From Lama guanicoe (lineage: Eukaryota): a DNA stretch of 64,000 bases. The notes under the pieces were generated by a model that worked only from the letters and a program-made list of their open reading frames with translations, was not told the DNA's origin and searched no databases. The translations under genes were made by a program, and so were the position numbers. The DNA is taken from assembly GCA_013239625.1 (NCBI GenBank), contig MU057357.1, forward strand, positions 36,998,741 through 37,062,740, read 5' to 3'. The first letter of the stretch is position 1; the number at the start of each line of letters is the position of its first letter. Positions 1 through 11,567 of this stretch are shown in pieces.

Positions 1-236
1 AGACATCCTTGAAGCCCCTGGTGCTGATGTTGTCTTTTTAGCTGAGCTCAACAAAGATAAGGTGGAAGTCCAATGGCTAAAAAATAACATGATTATTGTC
101 CAGGGTGACAAACATCAGATGATGAGTGAAGGAAAGATACACAGACTACAGATCTGTGATATTAAGCCCCGAGACCAGGGTGAATACAGATTCATTGCCA
201 AAGACAAAGAAGCCAGAGCTAAGCTTGAACTGGCAG
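1..236 (+). CDS. TTN: TTN exon ~250 (5'-truncated by window), Ig I104
   Basis: ...EARAKLELA, donor CAG|GTAGGT. Confidence 0.93.
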
Positions 237-286
237 GTAGGTCCCTTTCTTTTATTTTCAAATATCTTCACAATGTCACAGATTCT

Positions 287-340
287 GTGTATGTTTCAGA
301 TTTCAGTTTTCAGATTTCAGTGTATGTTTCAGATTTCAGT
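287..340. repeat. Short tandem duplication, three copies of TTTCAGATTTCAGT
   Basis: GTGTATGTTTCAGATTTCAGT at 287-307 and 320-340 with a TTTCAGATTTCAGT copy between. Confidence 0.85.
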
Positions 341-470
341 TAATTAATGAGAAAATGCTTTTGAAAGCCTTTTATTCTTGTTAAGCCCTATCCACAAGTC
401 AACTATTCTAATTCCTCCTATCACCAAGTGTCCCGAGTCAAAGGAAATTGACAGCATTGCTTTTTACATG

Positions 471-515
471 CCAGAACCTAGAAGAGTTCCTGGCACATGG
501 CAGCTGTTGATTGAT
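471..515 (+). mobile_element. Old L2/MIR-tail fragment
   Basis: CCAGAACCTAGAAGAGTTCCTGGCACATGGCAG resembles the L2 3' motif CCTAGAACAGTGCCTGGCACATAGTAG. Confidence 0.4.
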
Positions 516-1049
516 TCCTAGAATTAACCTATTGCCCTGAGAGTCTTCCCAGCAAATCCAGACCTAGAGATGGCAGCATTATTTTCTTCTTTCCAAATCC
601 CTGTGGAGCCTCTTAGGTCTGTTTTCATCCTGACCCAAGTTTCCAAGGCATCCTTATAGGTTGGCATTTGAAAGAGCTATTAATATACCTCTTGTATGTA
701 AGAACAAGTTTGGTTTATCTTGAACTAAGTATGAGGCGTCTACTTTATATAAAAAGAAAAAAAATGTTTTATGCACTATGTTTAGTTCTCTGTTATTATT
801 ATTGGCAAAGAATGGAGATTTTATGGTTTCATATCATCCTTAATCCTCTGTTCTTCTGAGTCTGATAATTTGCAGAATAAGCTGTGAGCACTCTTAAGTC
901 AGCTAAAGTTCTCTGCTGCAAAGTGACTGTGATGTGCCTCTAAGGTTATGTAATGAATATTTGCTAACAAATGCATAGTAAAGAAGCTAGGGCATAGCTG
1001 GACTACAATAAATAACTCAAAAGCATTCACATGTTACTTTTCTCACTAG

Positions 1050-1319
1050 CTGCACCTAAAATCAAGACAGCTGATCAAGACCTCGTGGTTGATGCTGGCC
1101 AGCCCCTGACAATGGTGGTGCCCTATGAGGCCTACCCCAAAGCAGAAGCAGAGTGGTTTAAAGAAAATGAACCCCTTTCTTCAAAAACCGTTGATACTAC
1201 AGCTGAGCAAACTTCCTTCAGAATTTCAGAAGCCAAGAAAGGGGACAAAGGAAGGTATAAAATTGTCCTTCAGAACAAACATGGAAAAGCAGAAGCATTC
1301 ATCAATTTACAAGTTATTG
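1050..1319 (+). CDS. TTN: TTN exon ~251, Ig I105
   Basis: TAG|..|GTAAGC; APKIKTAD...LQVI; 270 nt. Confidence 0.95.
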
Positions 1320-1409
1320 GTAAGCCCTGGAGTCACTCAGACTTTACTGTCAAAGCACAACTAAAAGCATGCTAACACACTAAAACAAAAATTTACATGT
1401 GAATTTCAG

Positions 1410-1712
1410 ATGTTCCTGGGCCAGTACGTAACTTGGAAGTGACAGAAACATTTGATGGTGAAGTGAGCCTCGCTTGGGAAGAACCATTAACTGATGGTGG
1501 AAGCAAAATCATAGGTTATGTTGTTGAAAGACGTGATATCAAGAGAAAGACCTGGGTTCTGGCCACTGACCGAGCAGACAGTTGTGAGTTTACTGTCACT
1601 GGACTACAAAAAGGAGGAGTTGAGTACCTGTTCCGTGTGAGCGCAAGAAACAGAGTCGGCACTGGTGAACCAGTAGAAACTGACAGTCCTGTCGAAGCAA
1701 GGAGCAAATATG
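1410..1712 (+). CDS. TTN: TTN exon ~252, Fn3 I106
   Basis: AG/GT bounded, 303 nt, VPGPVRNLEV...ARSKY. Confidence 0.95.
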
Positions 1713-1800
1713 GTAAGAAGTTAAGTAAATTGTAAACTAGCTTATCCTTTTATTCCTGAGATAACCTGAAGCCTGTGTTTTCTTCTGTGATGAAATCCAG

Positions 1801-2103
1801 ATGTTCCAGGTCCTCCTTTGAATGTAGCGATCACTGATGTGAATAGATTTGGTGTCTCACTGACATGGGAACCACCAGAGTATGATGGAGGTGCTGAGAT
1901 CACAAACTACGTCATTGAATTAAGGGACAAGACTTCTATCAGATGGGAAACTGCCATGACTGTAAGAGCTGAAGACCTGTCTGCAACCGTCACTGATGTG
2001 GTGGAAGGACAGGAGTACAGTTTCCGGGTCAGGGCCCAAAACCGAATCGGAGTTGGAAAACCAAGTGCAGCCACACCCTTTGTCAAAGTTGCTGATCCAA
2101 TTG
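1801..2103 (+). CDS. TTN: TTN exon ~253, Fn3 I107
   Basis: AG/GT bounded, 303 nt. Confidence 0.95.
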
Positions 2104-2363
2104 GTAAGCCCATCAAAAAAAAAAAAGAATTTCTCTATTAAATCCAGAAATTAAGCCTCTCGATTAAAATAAATCAAATTAAAAGTTAATGAGAAGAAAG
2201 AACATCAGAAAAATTTGAACAAAATTGTAGAATTTTGTGCCCACTTTTATCCAGTGAATTCATTAAACCTATTTTAATGGGTATGATAGAAATGATAATA
2301 GCACCGTCTTAATAAATTGTCACTGAATTAAATGGTATGCTCCAACTCTTTCTTCCATTCCAG

Positions 2364-2551
2364 AGAGACCAAGTCCTCCTGTGAACCTAAATTCTTCAGA
2401 TCAGACTCAGTCATCAGTTCAGCTCACATGGGAACCTCCTCTGAAAGATGGAGGAGGCCCAATATTGGGCTATATCATCGAACGATGTGAAGAAGGAAAA
2501 GATAATTGGATTCGTTGCAATAAGAAACTTGTCCCTGAACTGACTTACAAG
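2364..2551 (+). CDS. TTN: TTN exon ~254, Fn3 I108 N-half
   Basis: 188 nt; with next exon sums to 303. Confidence 0.93.
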
Positions 2552-2641
2552 GTAGAGCATGTGCATCTAAAGAAAGAGTCAGTATATAATCATGGACTTA
2601 AATGTATGTGTATTTTTACAAATATTGATTCATAATTTTAG

Positions 2642-2756
2642 GTTACTGGATTACAAAAAGGAAATAAATATTTGTATCGAGTATCTGCAGAAAATGAAGC
2701 TGGTGTTTCAGATCCATCTGAAATTCTTGGTCCTCTGACTGCCGATGATGCATCTG
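2642..2756 (+). CDS. TTN: TTN exon ~255, Fn3 I108 C-half
   Basis: 115 nt; VTGLQKGNKYLYRVSAEN. Confidence 0.93.
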
Positions 2757-2863
2757 GTAAATGGATATTTTACTTTTAGATGTGGGAACAGCACATAGCT
2801 ACTTTGGGGTACCAGGGACTTAAATATAAGTACTGGAAACTCATTCACTTTTCTCTTTGGTAG

Positions 2864-3148
2864 TTGAACCAACAATGGATTTAAGTGCATTTAAAGATGG
2901 CCTGGAAGTTATTGTCCCAAATCCTATCAAGATCCTGGTTCCAAGTACGGGCTATCCAAGGCCAACTGCTACCTGGTCTTTTGGAGATAAAGTACTAGAA
3001 GCAGGGGACCGTGTGAAAATGAAAACCCTGTCTGCCTATGCTGAACTTGTCATTTCTCCAAGTGAACGTCCAGACAAGGGCATTTATACACTGAAATTAG
3101 AAAATCCAGTGAAAGCAATTTCTGGGGAAATTGACGTCAATGTAATTG
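2864..3148 (+). CDS. TTN: TTN exon ~256, Ig I109
   Basis: 285 nt, AG/GT bounded. Confidence 0.94.
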
Positions 3149-3260
3149 GTAAGGAACTAAACTTTTGTTATCTAATTTATCTAAGGTGACTTGACAGTAT
3201 TAACAAATACTGGTTCAAGCTATTAATGATAATGACTTCTGACTGCATTTTTTTTTTCAG

Positions 3261-3412
3261 CTCGCCCAAGTGCACCCAAAGAACTGAAATTTGGTGAGAT
3301 AACCAAGGACTCAGTACATTTAACTTGGGAACCACCAGATGATGATGGAGGAAGTCCACTGACTGGTTATCTTATTGAAAAGCGAGAAGTCAGCCGGAAA
3401 ACATGGACTAAA
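3261..3412 (+). CDS. TTN: TTN exon ~257, Fn3 I110 N-half
   Basis: 152 nt; RPSAPKELKFG...WTK. Confidence 0.93.
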
Positions 3413-4105
3413 GTGAGTTTTGAGCAGCAATGCACCAACTGCAGAAAAGAGAGTGGGGGAAATCCCAGAATGCCGTGCAGTTTATCTGTTTTTATACATG
3501 AAACGTATTTCCTTGACCTTGCTTTAAAAGTGTTGATGCTAATGCTTCCTGAGGTAGTTCAACCAAAATTTGGTATAATTGCTTCATTTTTAGCAAGACT
3601 TACCAAATTTTCAGCTAGGTTTGTTAAAAAAATAAAACTTATCTCCTCATGTGGTACCTGATTAAGTACCCAATGTACCCTTTTAATATATAAGACATTC
3701 TAAGGACACTAAGTACTTAACTTCTTGGTAATGGTCCTTCTTCTCACACCACTAGATTACCTTAGTTGGCCTATCTGCAATTTTTTTTCCTCCTCAGTTT
3801 ACACCATTACTATTTTTTACCTTGATTTATCCTATTTCTAATAACCAAGGTGGTAGAAAAAAATCAACACCTTATTTGCCACCTTTTGAATGTGTACAAA
3901 CTATGAAACAGTTATCCCTTATATTAAGGGTCAGATGTTACTATGTGCCATACTTTACAATTTTTCTCTAATATGAAATTCATGTAAGAATAATCTTTAG
4001 CATTCAAAACAACTTCTATTTGTAACCTTGCTCATGGTAAAAACCTTTTGACTTGGGCAAAGAGTTTTTGGAAAACAGCTTATTAACTGTATTGCTTTGT
4101 CCTAG

Positions 4106-4253
4106 GTTATGGACTTTGTGACTGAACTAGAATTCACAGTTCCTGATCTTGTTCAAGGAAAAGAGTATTTATTTAAAGTCTGTGCTCGTAACAAGTGTGG
4201 CCCTGGAGAACCCGCATATGTTGACGAACCTGTAAATATGTCAGCTCCTGCAA
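4106..4253 (+). CDS. TTN: TTN exon ~258, Fn3 I110 C-half
   Basis: 148 nt; pair sums to 300. Confidence 0.93.
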
Positions 4254-4409
4254 GTGAGTACATTCTGGATGATTTCTTACCTAACCTCTTGTTACCTGTT
4301 TTTGCTTTTACAACTGGAGTTGAAGTTATGGGGGAAAGACACAGGCTGGCAATACGGAGATTTCATAGATAGCTTATCTAAGACTAATTCATTCTTTAAA
4401 CTGTTATAG

Positions 4410-4587
4410 CGGTTCCAGATCCACCGGAGAATGTTAAGTGGAGAGATCGAACAGCCAACAGCATCTTCCTAACATGGGATCCACCTAAATATGACGGTGG
4501 GTCACGCATCAAAGGATATTTAGTTGAAAAATGTCCACGTGGTTCTGATCGATGGGTCGCCTGTGGAGAACCAGTTGCAGAAACAAA
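4410..4587 (+). CDS. TTN: TTN exon ~259, Fn3 I111 N-half
   Basis: 178 nt; VPDPPENVKW. Confidence 0.93.
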
Positions 4588-4878
4588 GTAAGTTTTATAG
4601 TTATTTGGCACAAGAGTAAATGTTTACTCTTACTCACTAAAATGGGCTTTCTTTTGGAAAATCAATGTGTTAGGTTTAGAATTTACCTGGTGTGCCCATC
4701 TGATTTTTTAAACTTCTGCTGATTTACCCTTTAATCGAGGTTTTCATTAGTTAAAATATTGAAGCAATTAATTTAAAGGATAGTATTATACCAGTGGTAT
4801 AAATTTTGAAAATATGAATATTGCACAATGGAATAGATTAGATGCATTAACGTAAAATCTTATTTTGTTTTCTGACAG

Positions 4879-5000
4879 AATGGAGGTGACAGGTCTTGAA
4901 GAAGGCAAGTGGTATGCCTACCGCGTGAAGGCCTTGAACAGGCTGGGTGCTAGCAAACCAAGCAAACCCACAGATGAAATCCAGGCTGTGGACACCCAGG
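4879..5000 (+). CDS. TTN: TTN exon ~260, Fn3 I111 C-half
   Basis: 122 nt; pair sums to 300. Confidence 0.92.
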
Positions 5001-5092
5001 GTACTTATTTTTGGTTTTTGTTTACTAGCCAGACCTGTGACTTTAATTCTGCATAAACCTACTAACATCATAAATAATCTTTTCCAATTCAG

Positions 5093-5380
5093 AGGCTCCA
5101 GAAATTTTCCTCGATGTGAAGCTGCTTGCGGGTCTCACTGTAAAAGCAGGAACTAAGATTGAACTTCCTGCCACTGTAACTGGCAAGCCTGAACCTAAAG
5201 TAACTTGGACGAAGGCAGATATGCTTCTGAAGCAGGACAAGAGAATCACCATTGAAAACATTCCTAAAAAATCCACAGTGACAATTGTCGATAGTAAGAG
5301 AAGTGACACTGGCACGTACATCATCGAGGCCGTGAACGTCTGTGGCCGGGCGACCGCTGTGGTAGAAGTGAATGTCTTAG
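5093..5380 (+). CDS. TTN: TTN exon ~261, Ig I112
   Basis: 288 nt. Confidence 0.94.
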
Positions 5381-5490
5381 GTAAGGGAGGCTCTCATTTT
5401 AAAAATGGGCAAACTCATTCGAGCTACTTTTAAAAATAAAACACGATTTAAAAAGTGGGTTTTTTTCTGAGTGTATAATGTCATCCACAG

Positions 5491-5787
5491 ACAAACCCGG
5501 ACCCCCAGCTGCTTTTGACATCACGGAAGTCACCAACGAGTCATGTCTTCTAACATGGAACCCACCACGTGATGATGGTGGATCTAAAGTCACAAATTAT
5601 ATCGTGGAGAGAAGAGCGACTGACAGTGAAGTGTGGCACAAGCTCTCGTCAACTGTCAAGGATACAAAGTTCAAGGCAACCAAGTTAACACCCAATAAAG
5701 AATATATCTTCAGAGTTGCTGCAGAAAACATGTATGGTGTTGGTGAGCCAGTTCAGGCCACTCCAATAACAGCCAAATTTCAGTTTG
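5491..5787 (+). CDS. TTN: TTN exon ~262, Fn3 I113
   Basis: 297 nt. Confidence 0.95.
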
Positions 5788-5906
5788 GTAAGTCGCCCAT
5801 TAATCAGTAGGCTTTAAAAAAAAAAAAAAGGATGCTTGTGTCAAACTTGGATTTAGGTGTCATATTTATATACAGGACATATAACATGTTACTATCCTGT
5901 CTACAG

Positions 5907-6093
5907 ATCCACCTGGACCTCCAACTCGCCTGGAACCTTCTGATATCACTAAAGATGCAGTGACTCTCACTTGGTGTGAGCCAGACGATGACGGTGGCAG
6001 CCCAATCACGGGATACTGGGTTGAAAGATTAGATCCTGATACTGATAAATGGGTTAGATGCAATAAGATGCCAATAAAGGACACAACATTCAG
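5907..6093 (+). CDS. TTN: TTN exon ~263, Fn3 I114 N-half
   Basis: 187 nt. Confidence 0.93.
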
Positions 6094-6556
6094 GTATGCC
6101 CAAGTTTTCATCAAGATGTTAAAATAGCAGTGTAGACAATTTTTTATTCTTTAGCTTTCTTTCCTTTTGATTAAATATGATTATATATTATTATACAGTT
6201 TTTTATTTACTTATCTTTTCTATTACCACATAATTTCAAAAATGATATAAATTCTATTGAAGGACACATTTCTTAATTTCTTACTGTAAAATATCAAACT
6301 TTCTGGAAGTTACAAAGGGTTTGGTCCCCCAGCATATTATGACAATGATTATTTTTAGAGGTTCTATAATTAGGTAGATACATTTGACCAAATCGAAAGT
6401 GTATGACAATTAAAAGGCAATTTTTACCTTATATTGAAATATTTTCAGTTAAATTTCCAAATTACAATTGAAATAAATTAGCTTCTTCTATGTAAAACAA
6501 ACAGAAGTTTCTGCTGCTTATCATGGTATTCAACTCACACTTTGTTCCTAATTCAG

Positions 6557-6672
6557 AGTGAAAGGCCTCACCAATAAGAAAAAATACAGATTCCGCGTGT
6601 TGGCCGAAAATCTTGCGGGACCTGGAAAACCAAGCAGATCAACTGAGCCAGTCTTAATAAAGGATCCCATAG
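6557..6672 (+). CDS. TTN: TTN exon ~264, Fn3 I114 C-half
   Basis: 116 nt; pair sums to 303. Confidence 0.93.
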
Positions 6673-6757
6673 GTATTTATATACGTCTGTGATTTTGAAA
6701 CTTATATTAATTCCTTTTGACAAGTCTAAATAATGATTTCACTTCGTTGGCTTGCAG

Positions 6758-7057
6758 ATCCTCCATGGCCCCCTGGAAAACCAACCGTGAAAGATATAGG
6801 CAGAACATCATTAATGTTGAACTGGACAAAGCCAGAACACGATGGAGGGGCAAAGATCGAGTCTTACATCATTGAAATGCTAAAGACGGGAACAGAGGAC
6901 TGGGTCCGAGTGGCCGAAGGGGTTCCCACCACTCAGCATTTGCTCCCAGGGCTCATGGAAGGGCAGGAGTACTCATTCCGAGTTAGAGCTGTGAACAAGG
7001 CCGGGGAGAGTGAACCCAGTGAACCCAGTGACCCTGTGCTTTGCCGGGAGAAGCTCT
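6758..7057 (+). CDS. TTN: TTN exon ~265, Fn3 I115
   Basis: 300 nt. Confidence 0.95.
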
Positions 7058-7168
7058 GTAAGTCACTATTGGTTATTGCATCCTTGCTGTATGATCTCCT
7101 GGCGATCACTAGAGAATTTAGTGAAGACTGAATATTAGACAATAAAAAATTGTATTTTCTTTCTTCAG

Positions 7169-7468
7169 ATCCCCCATCACCACCTCGCTGGCTTGAAGTT
7201 ATTAACATTACCAAAAATACAGCAGACCTGAAGTGGACAGTTCCTGAGAAAGATGGAGGGTCCCCTATCACCAACTACATTGTGGAAAAGAGAGATGTGA
7301 GACGAAAAGGCTGGCAAACAGTGGACACAACTGTCAAGGACACCAAGTGCACAGTGACCCCATTGACAGAGGGTTCTTTATATGTGTTCCGAGTTGCTGC
7401 AGAAAACGCCATAGGACAAAGTGACTATTGTGAAGTCGAGGACTCTGTCCTGGCCAAAGACACCTTTA
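7169..7468 (+). CDS. TTN: TTN exon ~266, Fn3 I116
   Basis: 300 nt. Confidence 0.95.
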
Positions 7469-7561
7469 GTATGCTCTCTAACTTTGTCTTTGTGACACCA
7501 TTTGTAAAGGATTATCACTTTTCCCTCTCATTTTTCTAACCACTGAATATTTTGCTTTCAG

Positions 7562-7667
7562 CCACCCCGGGACCACCCTATGCTCTGGCAGTGGTTGATG
7601 TCACAAAACGACATGTTGACCTGAAGTGGGAACCACCTAAAAATGACGGTGGAAAACCAATACAGAG
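7562..7667 (+). CDS. TTN: TTN exon ~267, Fn3 I117 N-part
   Basis: 106 nt. Confidence 0.92.
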
Positions 7668-7761
7668 GTAGAATTTTAATTAATTCATAAAGAAAAATTT
7701 GCATTTGGCTGAAAATTCTTAACTGTATTAATGCTAATGAAATGCTTTGCTATTTCAATAG

Positions 7762-7958
7762 ATACGTCATTGAAAAGAAAGAAAAGTTAGGTACCCGTTG
7801 GGTGAAAGCTGGAAAGACCGCAGGACCTGACTGTAGCTTCAGAGTAACTGATGTTATTGAAGGAACAGAGGTCCAGTTTCAGGTTCGGGCAGAGAATGAA
7901 GCTGGAGTTGGTCACCCAAGTGAACCCACGGAAATCCTGACCATTGAAGATCCAACAA
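7762..7958 (+). CDS. TTN: TTN exon ~268, Fn3 I117 C-part
   Basis: 197 nt; pair sums to 303. Confidence 0.93.
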
Positions 7959-8042
7959 GTAAGTAGTGCTGATTAGACAAAGGATATTTGTATAGAGCTT
8001 GAGGATGAGATTGTGGATGTGAATGTTTCATTCTTTTTTCAG

Positions 8043-8348
8043 GTCCTCCTTCACCTCCCCTTGACCTACACGTGACTGATGCTGGGAGAAAGCACATTGC
8101 CATTGCTTGGAAACCTCCAGAGAAAAATGGTGGAAGTCCTATTATAGGTTACCATGTTGAAATGTGTCCAGTAGGCACTGAGAAATGGATGCGAGTTAAT
8201 TCTCGCCCAATAAAAGATTTGAAATACAAGGTTGAAGAAGGTGTTGTTCCTGACAAGGAGTACGTTCTGAGAGTGAGAGCCGTCAATGCTGTTGGTGTCA
8301 GTGAGCCATCTGAAATCTCTGAAAACGTGGTTGCCAAAGACCCAGACT
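8043..8348 (+). CDS. TTN: TTN exon ~269, Fn3 I118
   Basis: 306 nt. Confidence 0.95.
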
Positions 8349-8445
8349 GTAAGGACACAGTTTCTTTTATAATTTAAAAAATGGGCTTTACTCGTGCATT
8401 GCATTTTTGACATTTTTTTAACCTCTTTTGGATTCTGTCTCACAG

Positions 8446-8724
8446 GCAAGCCAACAATTGATCTGGAGACTCATGACATTGTTGTCATTGNNNNNNNNNN
8501 NNNNNNNNNNNNNNNNNNNNNNNNNNNNNNNNNNNNNNNNNNNNNNNNNNNNNNNNNNNNNNNNNNNNNNNNNNNNNNNNNNNNNNNNNNNNNNNNNNNN
8601 NNNNNNNNNNNNNNNNNNNNNNNNNNNNNNNNNNNNNNNNNNNNNNNNNNNNNNNNNNNNNNCACCATTACCCTGGAGAATAAGCTTGGCTCAGCAACTG
8701 CCTCAATCAACGTCAAAGTCATAG
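8446..8724 (+). CDS. TTN: TTN exon ~270, Ig A1 (start of D-zone; partly N)
   Basis: 279 nt, frame kept across N 8491-8662. Confidence 0.9.
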   Translation, partial: ASQQLIWRLMTLLSLXXXXXXXXXXXXXXXXXXXXXXXXXXXXXXXXXXXXXXXXXXXXXXXXXXXXXXXXXXPLPWRISLAQQLPQSTSKS

Positions 8725-9025
8725 GTAATCATTCTTTGATGATACACTAGACATTCTTCACATGTTGGGAAAATTAGTTAACTCTGCAGTGTTAGGATAA
8801 ATGGCTTCATGAGTTGACCGTAAACTGAATGTCCTTTCAGATTATTTCTTCCCATATGAGAAGCAAAGCAATTCTAAAGCTAGTTAAAAGTTAAACTCTG
8901 ATTACACCAACTTACTTCTGTTGTAATTATTTCCATGTGAAGTACTAGTTTAAATAAAAGATACAGCATACCCAAAAAACATTTAAAGAACCAGTATTCA
9001 TTATTCATTGTATTTGCATTTTTTC

Positions 9026-9237
9026 ATAGTGTTCTCAACCAGGGGTAGTAACATTTTCTGCCCTCTTCCTCCCCACACATGGATGGTATTTGGGGGTCCA
9101 TTTTTGCTTGGAACAAAGGGGAGCTACTGACATTTAGTAGTTGGGAGCCAAAGATGCTACATGGTCTGCAATGTAAGGGACACTCAGCACAGCAAAGATT
9201 ATTCTACCAAGATGTGAATAGTCCTACTTAGAGAAAG
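9026..9237 (+). mobile_element. MER20-like hAT-Charlie DNA transposon relic
   Basis: Starts AGTGTTCTCAACCAGGGG; internal GCTACTGACATTTAGTAG..GCCAAAGATGCT; ends ATGTGAATAGT..GAGAAA, colinear with the MER20 consensus as recalled. Confidence 0.7.
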
Positions 9238-9301
9238 AGTGTGCTATTAATATGCTGACTTTTCAGATTACAGTAATAATTATCAATTTGATTTCTAACA
9301 G

Positions 9302-9601
9302 GCCTACCTGGACCATGCAAAGATATTAAAGCAAGTGACATCACCAAGAGTTCTTGTAAATTAACCTGGGAACCTCCAGAATATGATGGTGGAAGCCCAA
9401 TTCTTCATTATGTCCTGGAACGCAGAGAAGCCGGGAGAAGGACATATATACCAGTCATGTCTGGTGAGAACAAATTATCTTGGACTGTAAAAGATCTCAT
9501 ACCAAATGGTGAATACTTCTTCCGTGTCAAAGCTGTCAACAAGATTGGTGGAGGCGAATATATTGAACTGAAAAATCCAGTTATTGCTCAAGATCCAAAG
9601 C
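9302..9601 (+). CDS. TTN: TTN exon ~271, Fn3 A2
   Basis: 300 nt. Confidence 0.95.
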
Positions 9602-9700
9602 GTAAGTCTGGGCATGAATGTAATGTAGCTAGTAGTGAACATGCAATTTTTATTTTAAGAAGATGGGTTTCCCATTTTAACAGTTATTTCTTGTCTTCAG

Positions 9701-10003
9701 AGCCCCCTGACCCACCTGTAGATGTTGAGGTTCATAATCCTACAGCTGAGGCAATGACTATTACATGGAAGCCACCTTTGTACGATGGAGGGAGCAAGAT
9801 CATGGGTTACATCATAGAGAAGATTGCTAAGGGTGAAGAGAGATGGAAGAGGTGCAATGAACACCTGGTACCAGTCCTGACCTATACAGCAAAGGGACTT
9901 GAAGAAGGAAAGGAATACCAATTCCGTGTGCGAGCAGAAAATGCTGCTGGTATTGGCGAACCTTCTAGGGCCACTCCTCCAACCAAAGCTGTAGATCCTA
10001 TTG
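9701..10003 (+). CDS. TTN: TTN exon ~272, Fn3 A3
   Basis: 303 nt. Confidence 0.95.
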
Positions 10004-10114
10004 GTACGTTTTGTTTAATGGGGTTGCCATTTCCCCTTGTAAAACAAATGAGAATAATGTTTTGCCAGATATTTTAATCAGAATTGAAACAAGTATTGTT
10101 TTTAATCATTACAG

Positions 10115-10477
10115 ATGCCCCGAAAGTCATTATGAGAACAAGCCTAGAAGTGAGGCGAGGTGATGAAATAGCGCTTGATGCAACTATTTCTGGGTCACCT
10201 TACCCAACTATTACATGGCTAAAGGATGAAAAAGTCATCATACCAGAGGAAATTAAGAAGCGAGCAGCACCCCTAGTTAGGAGGAAGAGGGGTGAAGTTC
10301 AAGAAGAAGAGCCATTTTTCCTGCCTCTGACAGAACGTTTGAGTATTGACAATAGTAAAAAAGGAGAATCTCAGCTACGTGTCCGAGATTCTCTCCGACC
10401 TGACCACGGGCTGTTTATGATCAAAGTTGAAAATGACCATGGTATTGCAAAAGCTCCCTGTACTGTCAGTGTGCTAG
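10115..10477 (+). CDS. TTN: TTN exon ~273, Ig A4 with charged insert
   Basis: 363 nt. Confidence 0.94.
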
Positions 10478-10803
10478 GTAAGTAGGTAAAACTATACTTC
10501 CCGATAGAAGAAAGTTAATATCAGAGTTTTAGTAACACACAAAAATAAGGAGTTTGGGGCAGGGTGGGGGAGTTAAAAGAAATGGGAAACAGCTTCAGCA
10601 AGGTATTCTCAGTCCCATTTTCTTCTCCTGGCTATGTAAAAGAAGTCAACTGACTTTGTTATTCATCAGCTAATGTGATACAAAGATAGACAGACGTAGG
10701 AAAAACAGAAGCTGATGTCAGAGAAGCACACTAAACATTTACATTTTCCGTTGCAACCATTTCTACACAAATTTTTAATAATTTCTTTCTTTCAAAATAT
10801 CAG

Positions 10804-11106
10804 ATATACCAGGACCACCAATCAACTTCATATTCGAAGAAGTTAGAAAGAACTCAGTCGTCTGTAAATGGGAACCACCCCTAGATGATGGTGGCAGTGA
10901 AATTATAAACTACACTTTGGAAAAGAAAGACAAGACAAAACCTGACTCAGAATGGATTATTGTCACTGCTACCCTTAGACATTGCAAATACCCAGTGACG
11001 AAGTTGATTGAAGGAAAGGAGTACCTCTTCCGTGTAAGAGCTGAAAATAGGTTTGGGCCTGGACCACCATGTGTTTCAAAGCCACTTACAGCTAAAGATC
11101 CATTTG
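10804..11106 (+). CDS. TTN: TTN exon ~274, Fn3 A5
   Basis: 303 nt. Confidence 0.95.
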
Positions 11107-11238
11107 GTAAGGTTCTTTAGCATCTAAACTTTGCCTTTTTATCATATGTTGGTATCTACATTATCACAGCTTGTAAACTTGAATTCTTATCTCATACTAG
11201 GGAATTAATTTAAGTATGCCCCCCCTTTTTTTAATCAG

Positions 11239-11538
11239 AACCTCCTGACGCACCTGATAAGCCCATTGTGGAAGATGTTACCAGCAACAGTATGCTAGTG
11301 ACATGGAATGAACCAAAAGATAATGGAAGCCCCATCCTGGGTTACTGGCTGGAAAAACGTGAGGTTAACAGTACACACTGGTCTCGTGTCAACAGAAACC
11401 TTCTGAATGCTTTGAAGACCAAAGTAGACGGCCTATTAGAAGGTCTCACCTATGTCTTCAGAGTATGTGCCGAAAATGCAGCTGGACCTGGAAAGTTCAG
11501 TCCCCCTTCAGATCCCAAAACAGCACATGATCCAATCT
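11239..11538 (+). CDS. TTN: TTN exon ~275, Fn3 A6
   Basis: 300 nt. Confidence 0.95.
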
Positions 11539-11567
11539 GTAAGTAATCCCTTAAGAAGAAAGTAGGG

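Noticed and set aside
1-1049. Cronos internal promoter
   Set aside because: By my exon numbering it lies about ten exons upstream of this window.
3596-3606. Strong minus-strand donor TTG|GTAAGT in intron 257
   Set aside because: No convincing partner acceptor, so no exon can be defined.
4786-4802. TTATACCA-G-TGGTATAA inverted repeat
   Set aside because: An 8-bp AT-rich stem is expected by chance in 64 kb.
10556-10586. G-rich tract as a G-quadruplex
   Set aside because: Only three close G-runs; the fourth is separated by a long A-rich loop.
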